A DNA stretch of 64,000 nt, taken from the NCBI GenBank assembly GCA_963835065.1, contig CAWIEK010000049.1:128001-192000 (forward strand), in the 5' to 3' direction. The position numbers and the translations under genes were made by a program. The notes beneath the pieces are model-generated. The model saw only the letters and a list, made by a program, of their open reading frames with translations, did not search any database and was not told where the DNA came from. Of the stretch, positions 9,453-19,567 are shown one piece after another. Within the stretch, counting starts at the first letter, position 1. The number at the start of each line of letters is the position of its first letter. The DNA comes from an uncultured Chthonomonadaceae bacterium. Its GTDB lineage: Bacteria; Armatimonadota; Chthonomonadetes; Chthonomonadales; Chthonomonadaceae.

Positions 9453-11645
9453 CTATTTTGCCAGATACTCTAATAAACGCTGCTGCGCGTTGACGCGGTG
9501 CTGGCCGGGGGCGGGGCGACGGCGGTTGTAGTGCCCTTCCGCGTTCAAATCCCATGACTGCTGGTTGTCTTCGAGCAGGAGTTGCAGCACGTCATAGCGC
9601 AGGGTACGGCGTATCTCCTCGCTGATGACGGGAACCACGACTTCCACGCGCCGATCTAAATTGCGCGACATCCAATCCGCGCTGCCAAAATAAATTTCCT
9701 CATTGCCGCCGTTGCGGAAATAGAAGATGCGGCTGTGTTCCAGAAACCGGCCCACAATGCTCATCACGCGAATGTTTTCCGACAGTTGCGGGACGCCGGG
9801 ACGCAGGCAGCACATGCCGCGAATAATCAAATCTATTTGGACGCCCATTTGCGACGCGGCGTACAGAGATTTTATCAGCGAGGGGTCGGTCAGGGCGTTC
9901 ATTTTGGCGATGATGCGGCCCGGATTTTCGGGCGTGTGCTTTTCCGCTTCGCGCTCGATCATATCCTGCAAGCGGTGGCGCAGGGTGATGGGCGCAACCA
10001 AAAACGCGCGATATTGTTCCTGCCGCGCATACCCGGTAAGGAAATTGAACAGGTCGGTGGCGTCCATGCCGAACTGGGGAGCGCAGGTCAGGATGCCCAC
10101 ATCCGTATACACGGTTGCGGTTTTGGGGTTGTAGTTGCCCGTGCCGATGTGCAGATACCGGCGCAGACCTTCCTCTTCGCGGCGTACCACAAGGGTTACT
10201 TTGGAGTGGGTTTTCAGGCCGACTAGCCCGTAAACGACGTGAACGCCCGCTTTTTCAAGCTGCTTGGCCCACGTAATGTTGTTGGCCTCGTCAAAACGGG
10301 CTTTTAACTCTACAAGACACGCGACTTGCTTGCCGTTGTCCGCCGCTTCGATCAGGGCGGGCAAAATGGGCGAGTCGCCACTGGTACGGTACAGGGTGTG
10401 CTTGATTGCCAGCACGTTCGGGTCGTTGGCGGCTGCCCGCAGAAAATCCGTTACGCTGCCGAACGATTGATAGGGATGGTGCAGCAGAATGTCCTGCTTG
10501 CGAATGGCCGCGAAAATATCGGTTGTGTTGCGCAGGGCGGGCGTAATGGCAGGCACGAACGGCGCGTCGCGCAGGGCGGGCACGTCAATCCCGGTGAGCG
10601 GCATCAGGTCGCCGGGATGCAACATACCGTCGAGCGTGTAAACTTCATGTTCCGGCACTTCCAGTTCTTCAATCAAACGTCGGCGCAGGTTGTCCGGCAT
10701 CGCGCGGGCGAGTTCCAGACGCTCAATTTCCCCAAAACGGCGCTTGGCAAGCTCTTCCTCAATCATTTCCAGCAGATCATCGGCGGCGTCTTCCTGTAGT
10801 TCAAGGTCGGCGTTGCGGGTCAGGCGGAACGGATAGCAGGCGCGTACTTCCATGCCTGCAAACAGCCTGCCGATGTGCGCGGCGATCACTTCTTCCAGCA
10901 GAACGAATTTCCACGGCGCTCCCACAACGGGAACAAGGCGGGGCAGGGCGGGCTTGGTGGGAACCTTGACGCGGGCAAAATGATCCTGATGGGTGCGCGG
11001 GTCATGCACCACGACGGCAAGGCTGAGGCTGAGGTTGGAAATGTAGGGAAACGGATGGCCGGGGTCTACGGCAAGCGGTGTCAGTACGGGAAACACTTCG
11101 CTTTCAAAATACATTTCCAGCCGCTGTTTTTCGGGTTCGGAAAGCGTATCATAACCGACAAGCCGCACGTCATGCTCCGCGAGACGTGGCAGCAGGTCTT
11201 GAAGGCAGTGGTACAGCGTGGCAAGCTGCGGCTGAAGTTTCTTCTGTATGGCTTCCAAACGCCGAACAATCGTGCGCGGCGTAGCCGGACGTCCCGTAGT
11301 TTCATCGGAACGCTCACGCATCCCCGGCACGTGAATCATAAAAAACTCGTCCAGATTGTTGCTGTAGATGGCGAGAAACTTTAAGCGTTCGAGCAGGGGA
11401 TGGTTGGTATTGAGGGCTTCGGATAGGACGCGGGCGTTGAAGTCCAGCCAGCTTAGTTCGCGGTCAAAGAACAACTGTTGTTTCACGCTGAGAGCGGTTG
11501 TAATCGCGTGTTTTGTGCTGACAGCGGCAGCCGCCGCGCGGCGCGCATGGTTTTTAGAACGTGGAGTTGCGGGAACATCAACAGAAGTTTCGGTTTCGGG
11601 CGAAGCGGAAGAAGTCTGTGGAAAAGCGGACGTGGGTTCCTGCAT
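9453..11645 (-). CDS. ppk1: Polyphosphate kinase 1
   Basis: RELSWLDFNARVL, HPFPYISN, LHHPY, ELKARFDE, KTHSK, GRFLEHSR. Confidence 0.97.
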   Translation of the reverse strand: MQEPTSAFPQTSSASPETETSVDVPATPRSKNHARRAAAAAVSTKHAITTALSVKQQLFFDRELSWLDFNARVLSEALNTNHPLLERLKFLAIYSNNLDEFFMIHVPGMRERSDETTGRPATPRTIVRRLEAIQKKLQPQLATLYHCLQDLLPRLAEHDVRLVGYDTLSEPEKQRLEMYFESEVFPVLTPLAVDPGHPFPYISNLSLSLAVVVHDPRTHQDHFARVKVPTKPALPRLVPVVGAPWKFVLLEEVIAAHIGRLFAGMEVRACYPFRLTRNADLELQEDAADDLLEMIEEELAKRRFGEIERLELARAMPDNLRRRLIEELEVPEHEVYTLDGMLHPGDLMPLTGIDVPALRDAPFVPAITPALRNTTDIFAAIRKQDILLHHPYQSFGSVTDFLRAAANDPNVLAIKHTLYRTSGDSPILPALIEAADNGKQVACLVELKARFDEANNITWAKQLEKAGVHVVYGLVGLKTHSKVTLVVRREEEGLRRYLHIGTGNYNPKTATVYTDVGILTCAPQFGMDATDLFNFLTGYARQEQYRAFLVAPITLRHRLQDMIEREAEKHTPENPGRIIAKMNALTDPSLIKSLYAASQMGVQIDLIIRGMCCLRPGVPQLSENIRVMSIVGRFLEHSRIFYFRNGGNEEIYFGSADWMSRNLDRRVEVVVPVISEEIRRTLRYDVLQLLLEDNQQSWDLNAEGHYNRRRPAPGQHRVNAQQRLLEYLAK

Positions 11646-11721
11646 AAACGTTGTTGCTCCTCACCAAAAACGCGGTTGGGATTGCAAGGGGTAGATCGCC
11701 ATGCGTCACCGTAGAAAATTA

Positions 11722-13131
11722 TTAGGAAGTTGCCGTTTCTTCCATTTGCCAGCGCGTGTCACGGCGCGACGGAGCAGCAGAGCGTATAAGGCCAAGCGCC
11801 TGCGCCAGATCATGGGGCGTGTTGCCGACTGCGCGTAAGTCCAAACCGGACGAAACGCGCGCTTCTTCCAAAGTTACGTCATCCAGAAACAAAACGTCGT
11901 CACGCAGGCAAATTTTAGGGATGTAAACCGTTTGGTGGCAGCCAGGAAAGTTTTTCAGGTGCGCCAAAATATCCTGCGCGGTGAGCAGGCCGGCAATATG
12001 TATGTCGCCACCGAAAAAGTCGTTTTTCACGACGCATACATTGATATTGACGCCCTCAATGCGATTCAATCGGTCGGCAAACGCCTGCACATGCTGCGCG
12101 GGCATTTCCGCCGTAACCAGCGTAGCTTCAATGGAAATGGGAACGCGGATTGGCAGGCGCAAACCGGTGCGCTTCGCGTCATCCAAAAACAGGCGAATGG
12201 TTCCGATGCCATCTTCCAATTGCGGGAAATCTTCGTAGTGGGAGCGGGGCGGCACATCCTGACCGGCAATGTGATACCACTCGTCGGCAAGCCATGCGAA
12301 GCGCGTACCAATCATGGTGTTAAACCGCTTTGCATGATCGTTGACGCGGGCAATCATTTCGCGGGCGTAGTCGCGCTCTACATGCGACAGTTGAGGCAGG
12401 CGTTCACGAAAGCGGGTCATGCCGACGGGCACAATGGCGACGGACTGTACGCCCGCGCGTTTTTCGGTCAGGGCGCGGTGTTCCGCAATCAGTTCTTCCA
12501 GCGTGTTGTCCAGATTCGCGCCGTCGTTCAGGCCGGGACACAGGACAATCTGCGCGTGAACATCAATGCGATTGTCGGCCAGTTCGCGTATCTGCGGCAA
12601 AATAGGCGTCGGCGTTTTGCGGCCCAGCAGGATTTGGCGCAATTCGGGGTTGGTGGCATGAACGGAAACATACAGGGGCGATAAGCGCTGTTCCAGAATA
12701 CGCGCCCATTCCTCATCGGAAAGATTGGTCAGCGTGACATAGTTGCCGTGCATGAAGGACAGGCGAAAATCATCGTCCATCAAATACAGCGACTTGCGCA
12801 TTTTCTTCGGCTGCTGATGAATGAAGCAAAACACGCACTTGTTTTTGCACGTATGAACGCGGTCTCCCAAATCATGCTCAAAACTCAATCCTAAATCAGC
12901 GTCCACGCGCTTCTGCGCATCCACGCTCAACGTTTCGCCATTGCGCAGGAGCGTAAGCCGCAGTTTCACGTCCGAACTGTGAAAGCGATAATCCAGAATG
13001 TCTAAAATAGACCTGCCATTGATTTGTTGCAGCAAATCCCCAACGCAAACGCCCGCGCGCTCTGCCGGGCTGCCGGGTTCTACTGCGGTGACAATCAAGG
13101 CATTAACGTTTTTGAGGAAAATTTCAGACAT
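11722..13131 (-). CDS. DUF512 / TIGR03279-type putative Fe-S protein with N-terminal PDZ domain
   Basis: CKNKCVFCFIHQ, DDDFRLSF, YVTLTN, PQLEDGIG; the ORF extension beyond 13131 is repeat-derived. Confidence 0.88.
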   Translation of the reverse strand: MSEIFLKNVNALIVTAVEPGSPAERAGVCVGDLLQQINGRSILDILDYRFHSSDVKLRLTLLRNGETLSVDAQKRVDADLGLSFEHDLGDRVHTCKNKCVFCFIHQQPKKMRKSLYLMDDDFRLSFMHGNYVTLTNLSDEEWARILEQRLSPLYVSVHATNPELRQILLGRKTPTPILPQIRELADNRIDVHAQIVLCPGLNDGANLDNTLEELIAEHRALTEKRAGVQSVAIVPVGMTRFRERLPQLSHVERDYAREMIARVNDHAKRFNTMIGTRFAWLADEWYHIAGQDVPPRSHYEDFPQLEDGIGTIRLFLDDAKRTGLRLPIRVPISIEATLVTAEMPAQHVQAFADRLNRIEGVNINVCVVKNDFFGGDIHIAGLLTAQDILAHLKNFPGCHQTVYIPKICLRDDVLFLDDVTLEEARVSSGLDLRAVGNTPHDLAQALGLIRSAAPSRRDTRWQMEETATS

Positions 13132-13181
13132 GACGAGGCTATTGTACCGAATACGCGGCTTGGAAAAGCAAATACGGGAAA

Positions 13182-13544
13182 GAATAAACCACGGGGAACA
13201 CGGGGAACACGGGGGAGGAGAGGGGAAGAAAAGAAGAAGAAAAGAAGAGGAGAAATAAACCGCGAAATACACGAACCAAGACGAAAAAAGGAAAATACAA
13301 AAAGATCAAACCACGGATGAAACGGATGAACACGGATAGGAGCATCGAAAGCCAACTCGTTCTTGTTATCAATCCTATTTAATCCTGAAAATCCTTTTAA
13401 TCCTGTCTATTCTCTTATGTCTTTTTCCCTTTGTCCTCTTTTCGTTTATTTCGTGTATTTCGCGGTTCCCATTCTCCTCTTCTTCTTTTCTTCTTTTCTT
13501 CCCCTCTCCTCCCCCGTGTTCCCCGTGTTCCCCGTGGTTTATTC
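13182..13544. repeat. Large nested inverted-repeat element built of 9-mer tandem units
   Basis: Arms of ~105 bp, the first ~56 bp perfect (gaataaaccacggggaacacgggg...); inner ccacggatgaaacggatgaacacggat and aatcctgaaaatcc tracts. Confidence 0.92.
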
Positions 13545-14429
13545 CTCTTCAAGGTTGGCCAGGCGGGCGAATTCTTCGAGGGACAGGGTTTCGCCCCGGC
13601 GGTTGCCGTCTATGCCGGCGCGGGCAAGGAGGGCTTCGACGCGGGCGCGGTCATCCATGCCGAAGCCCAGGCTGAAGGAAGCGGGGGCGCGGAGCAGGGC
13701 GTTGAGGAGGGTTTTGCGGCGCTGCGCGAAGGATGAGCGGACGATGTTGAAAAAGCGTTGCTCGTCGCGGACGGCGATAGTTCCGGGAACCATCGGGTCA
13801 AGGGCGAGAATGGCGGAGCCGACTTCGGGCGGCGGCAGAAAAACCGTGCGCGGAACCGTGCCGACGATTTCAGGATGCGTGTGGTACTGAACGTAAACCG
13901 ACATCGCGCCATAATCGTCACTGGCGGCGCGGGCGACGGCGCGGTTGGCGAACTCGTGCTGCACGAGCAGAACGATGCGCCGTAAGCGGCTTTTGTGTTC
14001 TATGAGACGTTCCAGAATGGGCGTGGTGATGTAATAGGGGATGTTAGCGACCACAATGCCGGGTTTATCGCCAAAAGCCGCATCAAATAACGGCCCGGTG
14101 CTGTCTTTTTGCAGGAAATCCGCGAATACCAGGCGAACATTGGGAGTGTTGGCGGTCAGTTCGCGCAAAACGGGTTCAAGATGGCGGTCTATTTCCACGG
14201 TTGTCACCGAGGGTGAAACGGCAGCGAGGGCGAGCGTGAGCGCGCCCAGGCCGCCGCCGATTTCCAGAACCGGCTCGTGGGGCTGAAGGTCCGCCGCCCG
14301 CACGATCCGATCCAGAGTGTTGCGATCCACAAGAAAATTCTGCCCCAAGCGTTTTTGTGGGCGTAGCCCATGCGCTTGCAGCAGTTCGCTGGCCTGTTTG
14401 GGTGATACCGGGTCTAGGGTCATGGGCAT
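13539..14429 (-). CDS. rsmA: 16S rRNA adenine dimethyltransferase RsmA/KsgA
   Basis: KRLGQNFL, VLEIGGGLG, VVANIPYYITTP, QRRKTL, RRGETLS. Confidence 0.96.
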   Translation of the reverse strand: MPMTLDPVSPKQASELLQAHGLRPQKRLGQNFLVDRNTLDRIVRAADLQPHEPVLEIGGGLGALTLALAAVSPSVTTVEIDRHLEPVLRELTANTPNVRLVFADFLQKDSTGPLFDAAFGDKPGIVVANIPYYITTPILERLIEHKSRLRRIVLLVQHEFANRAVARAASDDYGAMSVYVQYHTHPEIVGTVPRTVFLPPPEVGSAILALDPMVPGTIAVRDEQRFFNIVRSSFAQRRKTLLNALLRAPASFSLGFGMDDRARVEALLARAGIDGNRRGETLSLEEFARLANLEEE

Positions 14430-14540
14430 TAGGCATCAGGCATCAGGCATCAGGAAAGGATTAGTCGTTCCCTCTACTTTGTTGTGACCATTAGATAGAA
14501 CGACATTCCTAATGCCTAATATCTAATGCCTAATGCCTTA
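14425..14540. repeat. Heptamer-tandem inverted repeat (GGCAT[TC]A / TAATGCC)
   Basis: ggcattaggcatcagggcatcaggcatcagg ... cctaatgcctaatatctaatgcctaatgcctta. Confidence 0.85.
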
Positions 14541-15251
14541 ATCCAGAATATGTACGCGCACGTGCTTCATGTCTTTGACATTTTTCACATCGTGCTGCGA
14601 GTCAATGGCGAGATCAATGCGGCTGCCTTTGATGGCTCCGCCCGTGTCGGCGGCGACGGCGTAACCGTAACCTTCGATGAACAGGCGCGTACCAAGCGGC
14701 ATGAAATGGGGGTCTACGGCCACCACGCCGTAACCTGCCAAAATGCCCGTATAGGTGCGCCCATGATCGTTGCTGCCATCATGGTAGGGATCGTACCACG
14801 TCGCGTTCATCACGACGACGCGCCGACCTGAGAAATAACCGCGCGAGGAAAGCTGCGTTGACCGCCCTTCCTCAATGACTTCGGGACGCGATTGTTTGAG
14901 AATACGGGAACTGACGGCATTGCGCCGCAATTCCGTGCCGTCTGCGCGGCTGGAAACCTGATAGACGACTTCCTTGACACCGTTGACGCCGGGGCGCGTG
15001 GTGCGACTGGTTCCGCTCCGCAGTTGGAACGTGGATTTCCTTAAGGTGGAGTAAGGAATCGGACTGCGCTGCACGACTTTGCGCGTAACCGACGCGGTTG
15101 AAGCAAATTCCGCCGGTTGCGTGTGGGTCGTACTTTGGGGGCTGCCCGTTTGCCGGGGCGCTCCCGCCAGAGTGGTCGCCAGGGTCAGAGAACCGAGAGC
15201 AACCAGTCCTGCGGCAAGCGTTTGCGCGCGGACAGTGGAGATGTAGGACAT
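14538..15251 (-). CDS. G5 + 3D domain cell-wall protein (YabE-like)
   Basis: Signal peptide, G5-like region (GVNGVK...PEVIEEG), 3D motif AVDP...PLGT...AADTGGAIKGSRIDL; AAGGAGG SD; upstream of rsmA as in yabE/rpfB-ksgA loci. Confidence 0.9.
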   Translation of the reverse strand: MSYISTVRAQTLAAGLVALGSLTLATTLAGAPRQTGSPQSTTHTQPAEFASTASVTRKVVQRSPIPYSTLRKSTFQLRSGTSRTTRPGVNGVKEVVYQVSSRADGTELRRNAVSSRILKQSRPEVIEEGRSTQLSSRGYFSGRRVVVMNATWYDPYHDGSNDHGRTYTGILAGYGVVAVDPHFMPLGTRLFIEGYGYAVAADTGGAIKGSRIDLAIDSQHDVKNVKDMKHVRVHILD

Positions 15252-15824
15252 AGAACGTCCTCCTTTCCGTTTCCGAATCTGTTGAGACACCGTTCGGATG
15301 CCTGTTGACTGTGGCGGACCTCCTTGGATCGCTTGAGTGAGACACGGCGCATTAAATTGCTGTTGCCGTATAGAAGTGAAACACGCGGCCAGCGTGTGTT
15401 GCCAATGCCCGGCTGCGTCCAGAATGGTTTGGTTTGCCATTGGACACGGGGCAGTGTACAGCGCACAGAGCGAAATGTCAACCCGTTGAAGATGTTGCTG
15501 CATCGGGTAAGCAGGCGCTTTCTGCAACCTTCTGCCAGACGTTGCCCCTTTCTGGCAAATATGCACACGTAAAAAATCGCCAAAAATAAGCGCAAAAAGT
15601 TTTCGAATGAGTTCCGCATGGAGGGGCTGACGCTTAGTAATGGAACATGCGTCTACTGTTTGTGGTAGAATAAAAGTGGTTCTATCAACGCGCAGGTACA
15701 TGGAAAAAATAAAAATGCAGCGCTTTCCGCTTTTGAGTGGAAGGGCGGAGTGCTTTGTATAGCGAGTGTTGTAGGGTTGTCTCTTATGCGGAAGGACTGT
15801 CTTAACCGCAGGGAAAGGAAACCG

Positions 15825-16592
15825 ATGAGAAAAGAATTTTTGGTTGAGCGGCAGGGGAAAACTTTCTGTTTATACGCGGGCTTGCTCAGTTTAGCGCACG
15901 AGCAGGGGCTGAAATCCATCATAACCGAGTTGGTGCAGATACCGAATGAGAACAACAATCGCGTGGCGATCTGCACAGCGAAGGTGACATTGGAAAAAGA
16001 CGGCGTACTGCGGGAATTTCATGGCATTGGCGATGCCGCTCCCAATAACGTCGCGCCTGCGATGCAAACTTGTTTGATACGGCTGGCCGAGACGCGCTCC
16101 AAAGCCCGCGCCTTGCGAGATGCGGTCAACATCGGCATGGCGGCGCTGGAAGAACTCAGCGACGATGATATTTATGAGGGAGCGCCGGAGCGTGGGTATT
16201 CTACGACGCCGCGCAGCATGCGGCAAACGCCTGCGCGCGTTCCTGCCGCCAATGGCTTTAGCAATGGCAATGGGAACGGCGGGCGGGCTGAAGTCAATGC
16301 GCCTCGCGTGGAAAGCGCGGTCACGCCCCTGAAGCCTGCGCCCATAATCAAGAACGCGGAGCCGACGCCCATTCCCGCCGAAATGCGCAATCCGCTTGCC
16401 AATCCGGTGACGGACCCGCAAATGGAGGCGATTCGCAGCCTGTGCCGACGACGCAGCATTGACGTGGATGCGGCGGCAAAGGATAAATTCGCTGTCGAAG
16501 CGCTGTCGGCGCTGACGCAGGCGCAGGCCAGCGATCTGATTAAGATGCTTCAAGCGGAAGCATCCAATGGCAGGTCGGCAGCGGCGGCGTAA
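15825..16592 (+). CDS. Hypothetical protein, possibly Rad52/ERF-like single-strand annealing fold
   Basis: beta-beta-beta-alpha region ending in GIGDA...AETRSKARALR, a disordered linker and a small helical C-terminal domain. Confidence 0.6.
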   Translation: MRKEFLVERQGKTFCLYAGLLSLAHEQGLKSIITELVQIPNENNNRVAICTAKVTLEKDGVLREFHGIGDAAPNNVAPAMQTCLIRLAETRSKARALRDAVNIGMAALEELSDDDIYEGAPERGYSTTPRSMRQTPARVPAANGFSNGNGNGGRAEVNAPRVESAVTPLKPAPIIKNAEPTPIPAEMRNPLANPVTDPQMEAIRSLCRRRSIDVDAAAKDKFAVEALSALTQAQASDLIKMLQAEASNGRSAAAA

Positions 16593-16650
16593 TCCTTAAC
16601 CCGGTGGAGATGAGAGTCGGGAAGGGATTGTTTCACATCATGCCGAATAG

Positions 16651-16690
16651 TTCCTTACTCAAGAACGCTTTTGCCTTCTTGAGTAGGGAA
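16651..16690. terminator. Stem-loop, probable terminator
   Basis: ttccttactcaagaa / ttcttgagtagggaa. Confidence 0.55.
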
Positions 16691-16733
16691 TTACTGCGTT
16701 TGGACGGGCGATTTTTCGCATTGGGATAAAATT

Positions 16734-17928
16734 GTGGACTCAACGGAACAGGACGGGACGCGGAGGATACTGGCGGGCAGGATGGCGGATGCGCAGGGTG
16801 AGCGAAGCCGCATGGCTGTCTCAGTCGCTAATGGCAAAATCGTCAGTTTGGAGCCATGGAACGACGCGACACAGGGCGGAACCGGGCGATCTGGATGCCC
16901 GCGATGCGCTGCTGCTGCCGGGGTTTATTGATATTCATATACATGGCGGAGCAGGGCGGTATGTGATGGAAGGCACGGAGGACGCGCTGACGGGGATTGC
17001 TTCGCATTTAGCGACGCATGGCGTTACCGGCTTTTTGGCAACTACTGTCACCGCGCCGTGGGAACAGCAGGCGCAGGCGCTTGCCACAACCGCCCGAATG
17101 ATGTCAGCGCAAACGAGCAGAAACGCGAACGATGCTTTAGGCGCGCGGATTTTGGGCTGTCATCTGGAAGGGCCGTACATCAATCCGAAGCGAAAAGGAG
17201 CGCAGCCGGAGCAGTTTGTGCGCCTGCCGGATGTGGCGGAACTGGAACACTGGTGCGGTGACAATTTGAGCGCGGTTCGCGTGGTCACACTTGCGCCGGA
17301 AATGCCGGGCGGGCTGGAACTGACGCGGTTTCTGGCAGGACGCGGGATTGTGCCCTCTATCGGGCATACAGACGCGACTTACGCGCAGATGGAAGCGGCG
17401 ATTGATGCCGGGGCGCGGCACGTCACGCACTGCTTCAATGCCATGCGTCCCTTAGAGGGACGCGAACCGGGCGTCGTGGGCGCAACATTCGCGCGCCCGG
17501 AACTGACGGCGGAATTGATCTGGGACAACATTCACGTTCACCCGTCAAGCTGCCGCGCCTTGATAAACGCGAAAACAGCGGAGCGCGTAATCTTGATTTC
17601 AGACGGCATACCGGGCGCGGGCATGGGCGACGGGTACCAATTCTCGCTTGGCGACTTGAAGATTGTCGTCAACGAAGGCTCCGCGCGCCTGCCGGATGGA
17701 ACCCTCGCCGGCAGCGTACTGACATTGGAAAAGGCGTTCGCCAACGCCACCCCCTTTTCCCTGCCCGAACGCGCCCGCATGACTTCCTACAACGCGGCAG
17801 TCGCGCTTGGATTAGGACACCGCAAAGGACTATTGCGCCCCGGCTACGATGCCGATTTAGTCCTTCTAAATGCGGATGGCAGCGCGCGGGAGACGATTGT
17901 TTTAGGGGAAGTAGTCAGAAGACAGTAG
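16734..17928 (+). CDS. nagA: N-acetylglucosamine-6-phosphate deacetylase, apparent frameshift near 16885
   Basis: PGFIDIHIHG, HLEGPYIN, TLAPE, GHTDA, THCFNAM, LAGS; the N-terminal beta strands lie in the 16734..16931 frame. Confidence 0.93.
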
Positions 17929-18039
17929 TCAGTAGTCAGTAGAAATGCCTGTCTACTCAGATCTGTGTTGTAAAGTAAAACTTTGCTGGTATGAGGCTAC
18001 TGACTACTGACTACTGTCTTCTGACTACTTCCCCTAAAA
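17900..18039. repeat. Heptamer-tandem inverted repeat (AGTAGTC unit) with 43 bp perfect arms
   Basis: 17900-17942 is the exact reverse complement of 17997-18039. Confidence 0.95.
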
Positions 18040-18349
18040 TTTATCCGTCTCCACCTGTAAGCGAATCTGGCGCAGGATGTTGGCGGCGCGTTCGCAGGAC
18101 TTCAGAGGAACCGGTGTAGGCGATGGCTCTGCCGCGCGTATGGGCTTCCAGCATGATCTGTTCGCAGCGGGGCGCGTCGTAGCCGGTGGCTTTTTGCAGT
18201 TGAGAACTTACTTCATCGAAGCCGTGAAAGTCGTCATTGTAGAGAATCACGACGTAAGGGCCATCATCGTCAGCTACGTCCTGCTCCTCACGTCCCGGCA
18301 GAACGCGCTCTTCAATAAACGGTTCGGCAACCTCCGCATTGGCGGGCAT
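18034..18349 (-). CDS. clpS: ATP-dependent Clp protease adaptor ClpS, apparent frameshift near 18098
   Basis: YVVILYNDDFH...IMLEAHTRGRA; a shifted frame continues CERAANILRQIRLQVETDKF*. Confidence 0.88.
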
Positions 18350-18478
18350 TGTGGTTTCTCCTTTAGAACAGGCAGATAAGATAGCGTCGAGTTTTAAGTA
18401 ACAAGGGTGTGGAAACAACGTCTCTTTTAGTATAGATTAGTCTTTGTAGAATTGTCAAGCATCAGAAGAGGAGTAGAT

Positions 18479-19567
18479 ATGCCGGAAAAAAATTACAGCA
18501 AGGTTTGCCTTCAAGAAGACGTCGCGCCGAACCGGCGTGACTTTCTGCGAACAGTAGGGCAGGCTGTCGGGGGCATCGCGCTTGGAAGCGCATTGGCGGG
18601 CGCGACATCGGCGTTTGCGCAGGACAAGGCCGCCGTTGCGCTGACGGCGGGCGCAAAGCCCATTCAGGCGGAAACGCTGGTGAAAACGCTGTTTGACAGC
18701 CTGACGCCCGAACAAACCGCGCAGGTGTGCATGCCCTGGGAACACGCCAAACGCAGCATGGTGCAGGCCAACTGGGGCATTGTGAAAACCAACATCGGCC
18801 AGCAATTCAATGCGGACCAGCAGGAGATGATACGGGGTATTCTGCGCGGCCTGACGACCGAGGAGTGGTATCCCAAAATCACAAAGCAAATGGAAGGCGA
18901 TGCGGGCGGGCTGCAAAACTATTATGTGGCGCTGTTCGGAACGCCCAAGTCCGGCAAGTTTGAGTTCGTGCTGACCGGGCGGCATGTGACGCTGCGCGCG
19001 GACGGACATTCCGACCAGAACGCGGCGTTCGGCGGGCCGATCTTCTACGGCCATGCCGTGAAAGAAACAGAAAACCCGGACCATGCAGGCAACATCTACT
19101 GGCAGCAGTCCGTAAAGGCAAACGCCGTGTTCAGTGCGCTGGACGGCAAGCAGCGCGCGGTTGCACTGCTGGACAAAGCGCCGGAGGAAAGCAAGATAGA
19201 TTTGCAGGGCGCAAATGGAATGTTCCCCGGCATTGCGATTGGCGAACTGGCGCGGGATCAAAAGGCGCTGGTGAAATCCGTGATGCGCGATCTGCTGTCA
19301 CCGTACCGCCCCTCCGACGCCGATGAAGCGATGCGCGACATTGCGGCCAATGGCGGGCTGGACAAAGTGCATCTGTCGTTTTACAAGCAGGACGACCTGG
19401 GCAATGACGGCGTGTGGGACATCTGGCGGCTGGAAGGGCCGGGCTTGGTGTGGCATTTCCGGGGAGCGCCGCATGTGCATACCTGGGTGAATGTCGTCAA
19501 GGATGCCGAAACTCTCGGACGCGCATACGTAAAGTTGGCGGACGGCGCTGCATGTAATGTTTTGTAG
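18479..19567 (+). CDS. DUF3500 domain protein with Tat signal; true stop probably TAA at 19530-19532
   Basis: NRRDFL twin-arginine motif, YYVALFGTP, GRHVTLR, FGGPIFYG, FRGAPHVHTWV. Confidence 0.85.
   Translation: MPEKNYSKVCLQEDVAPNRRDFLRTVGQAVGGIALGSALAGATSAFAQDKAAVALTAGAKPIQAETLVKTLFDSLTPEQTAQVCMPWEHAKRSMVQANWGIVKTNIGQQFNADQQEMIRGILRGLTTEEWYPKITKQMEGDAGGLQNYYVALFGTPKSGKFEFVLTGRHVTLRADGHSDQNAAFGGPIFYGHAVKETENPDHAGNIYWQQSVKANAVFSALDGKQRAVALLDKAPEESKIDLQGANGMFPGIAIGELARDQKALVKSVMRDLLSPYRPSDADEAMRDIAANGGLDKVHLSFYKQDDLGNDGVWDIWRLEGPGLVWHFRGAPHVHTWVNVVKDAETLGRAYVKLADGAACNVL

Noticed and set aside
12998..13890. Overlapping ORFs with SPCSPW/PVFPV peptides and the N-terminal extension of the DUF512 ORF
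   Set aside because: These are translations of the inverted-repeat element, not genes
15252..15701. 150 aa N-terminal extension of the G5-3D ORF
   Set aside because: The strong SD and signal peptide support a start at 15251; the upstream part is likely untranslated
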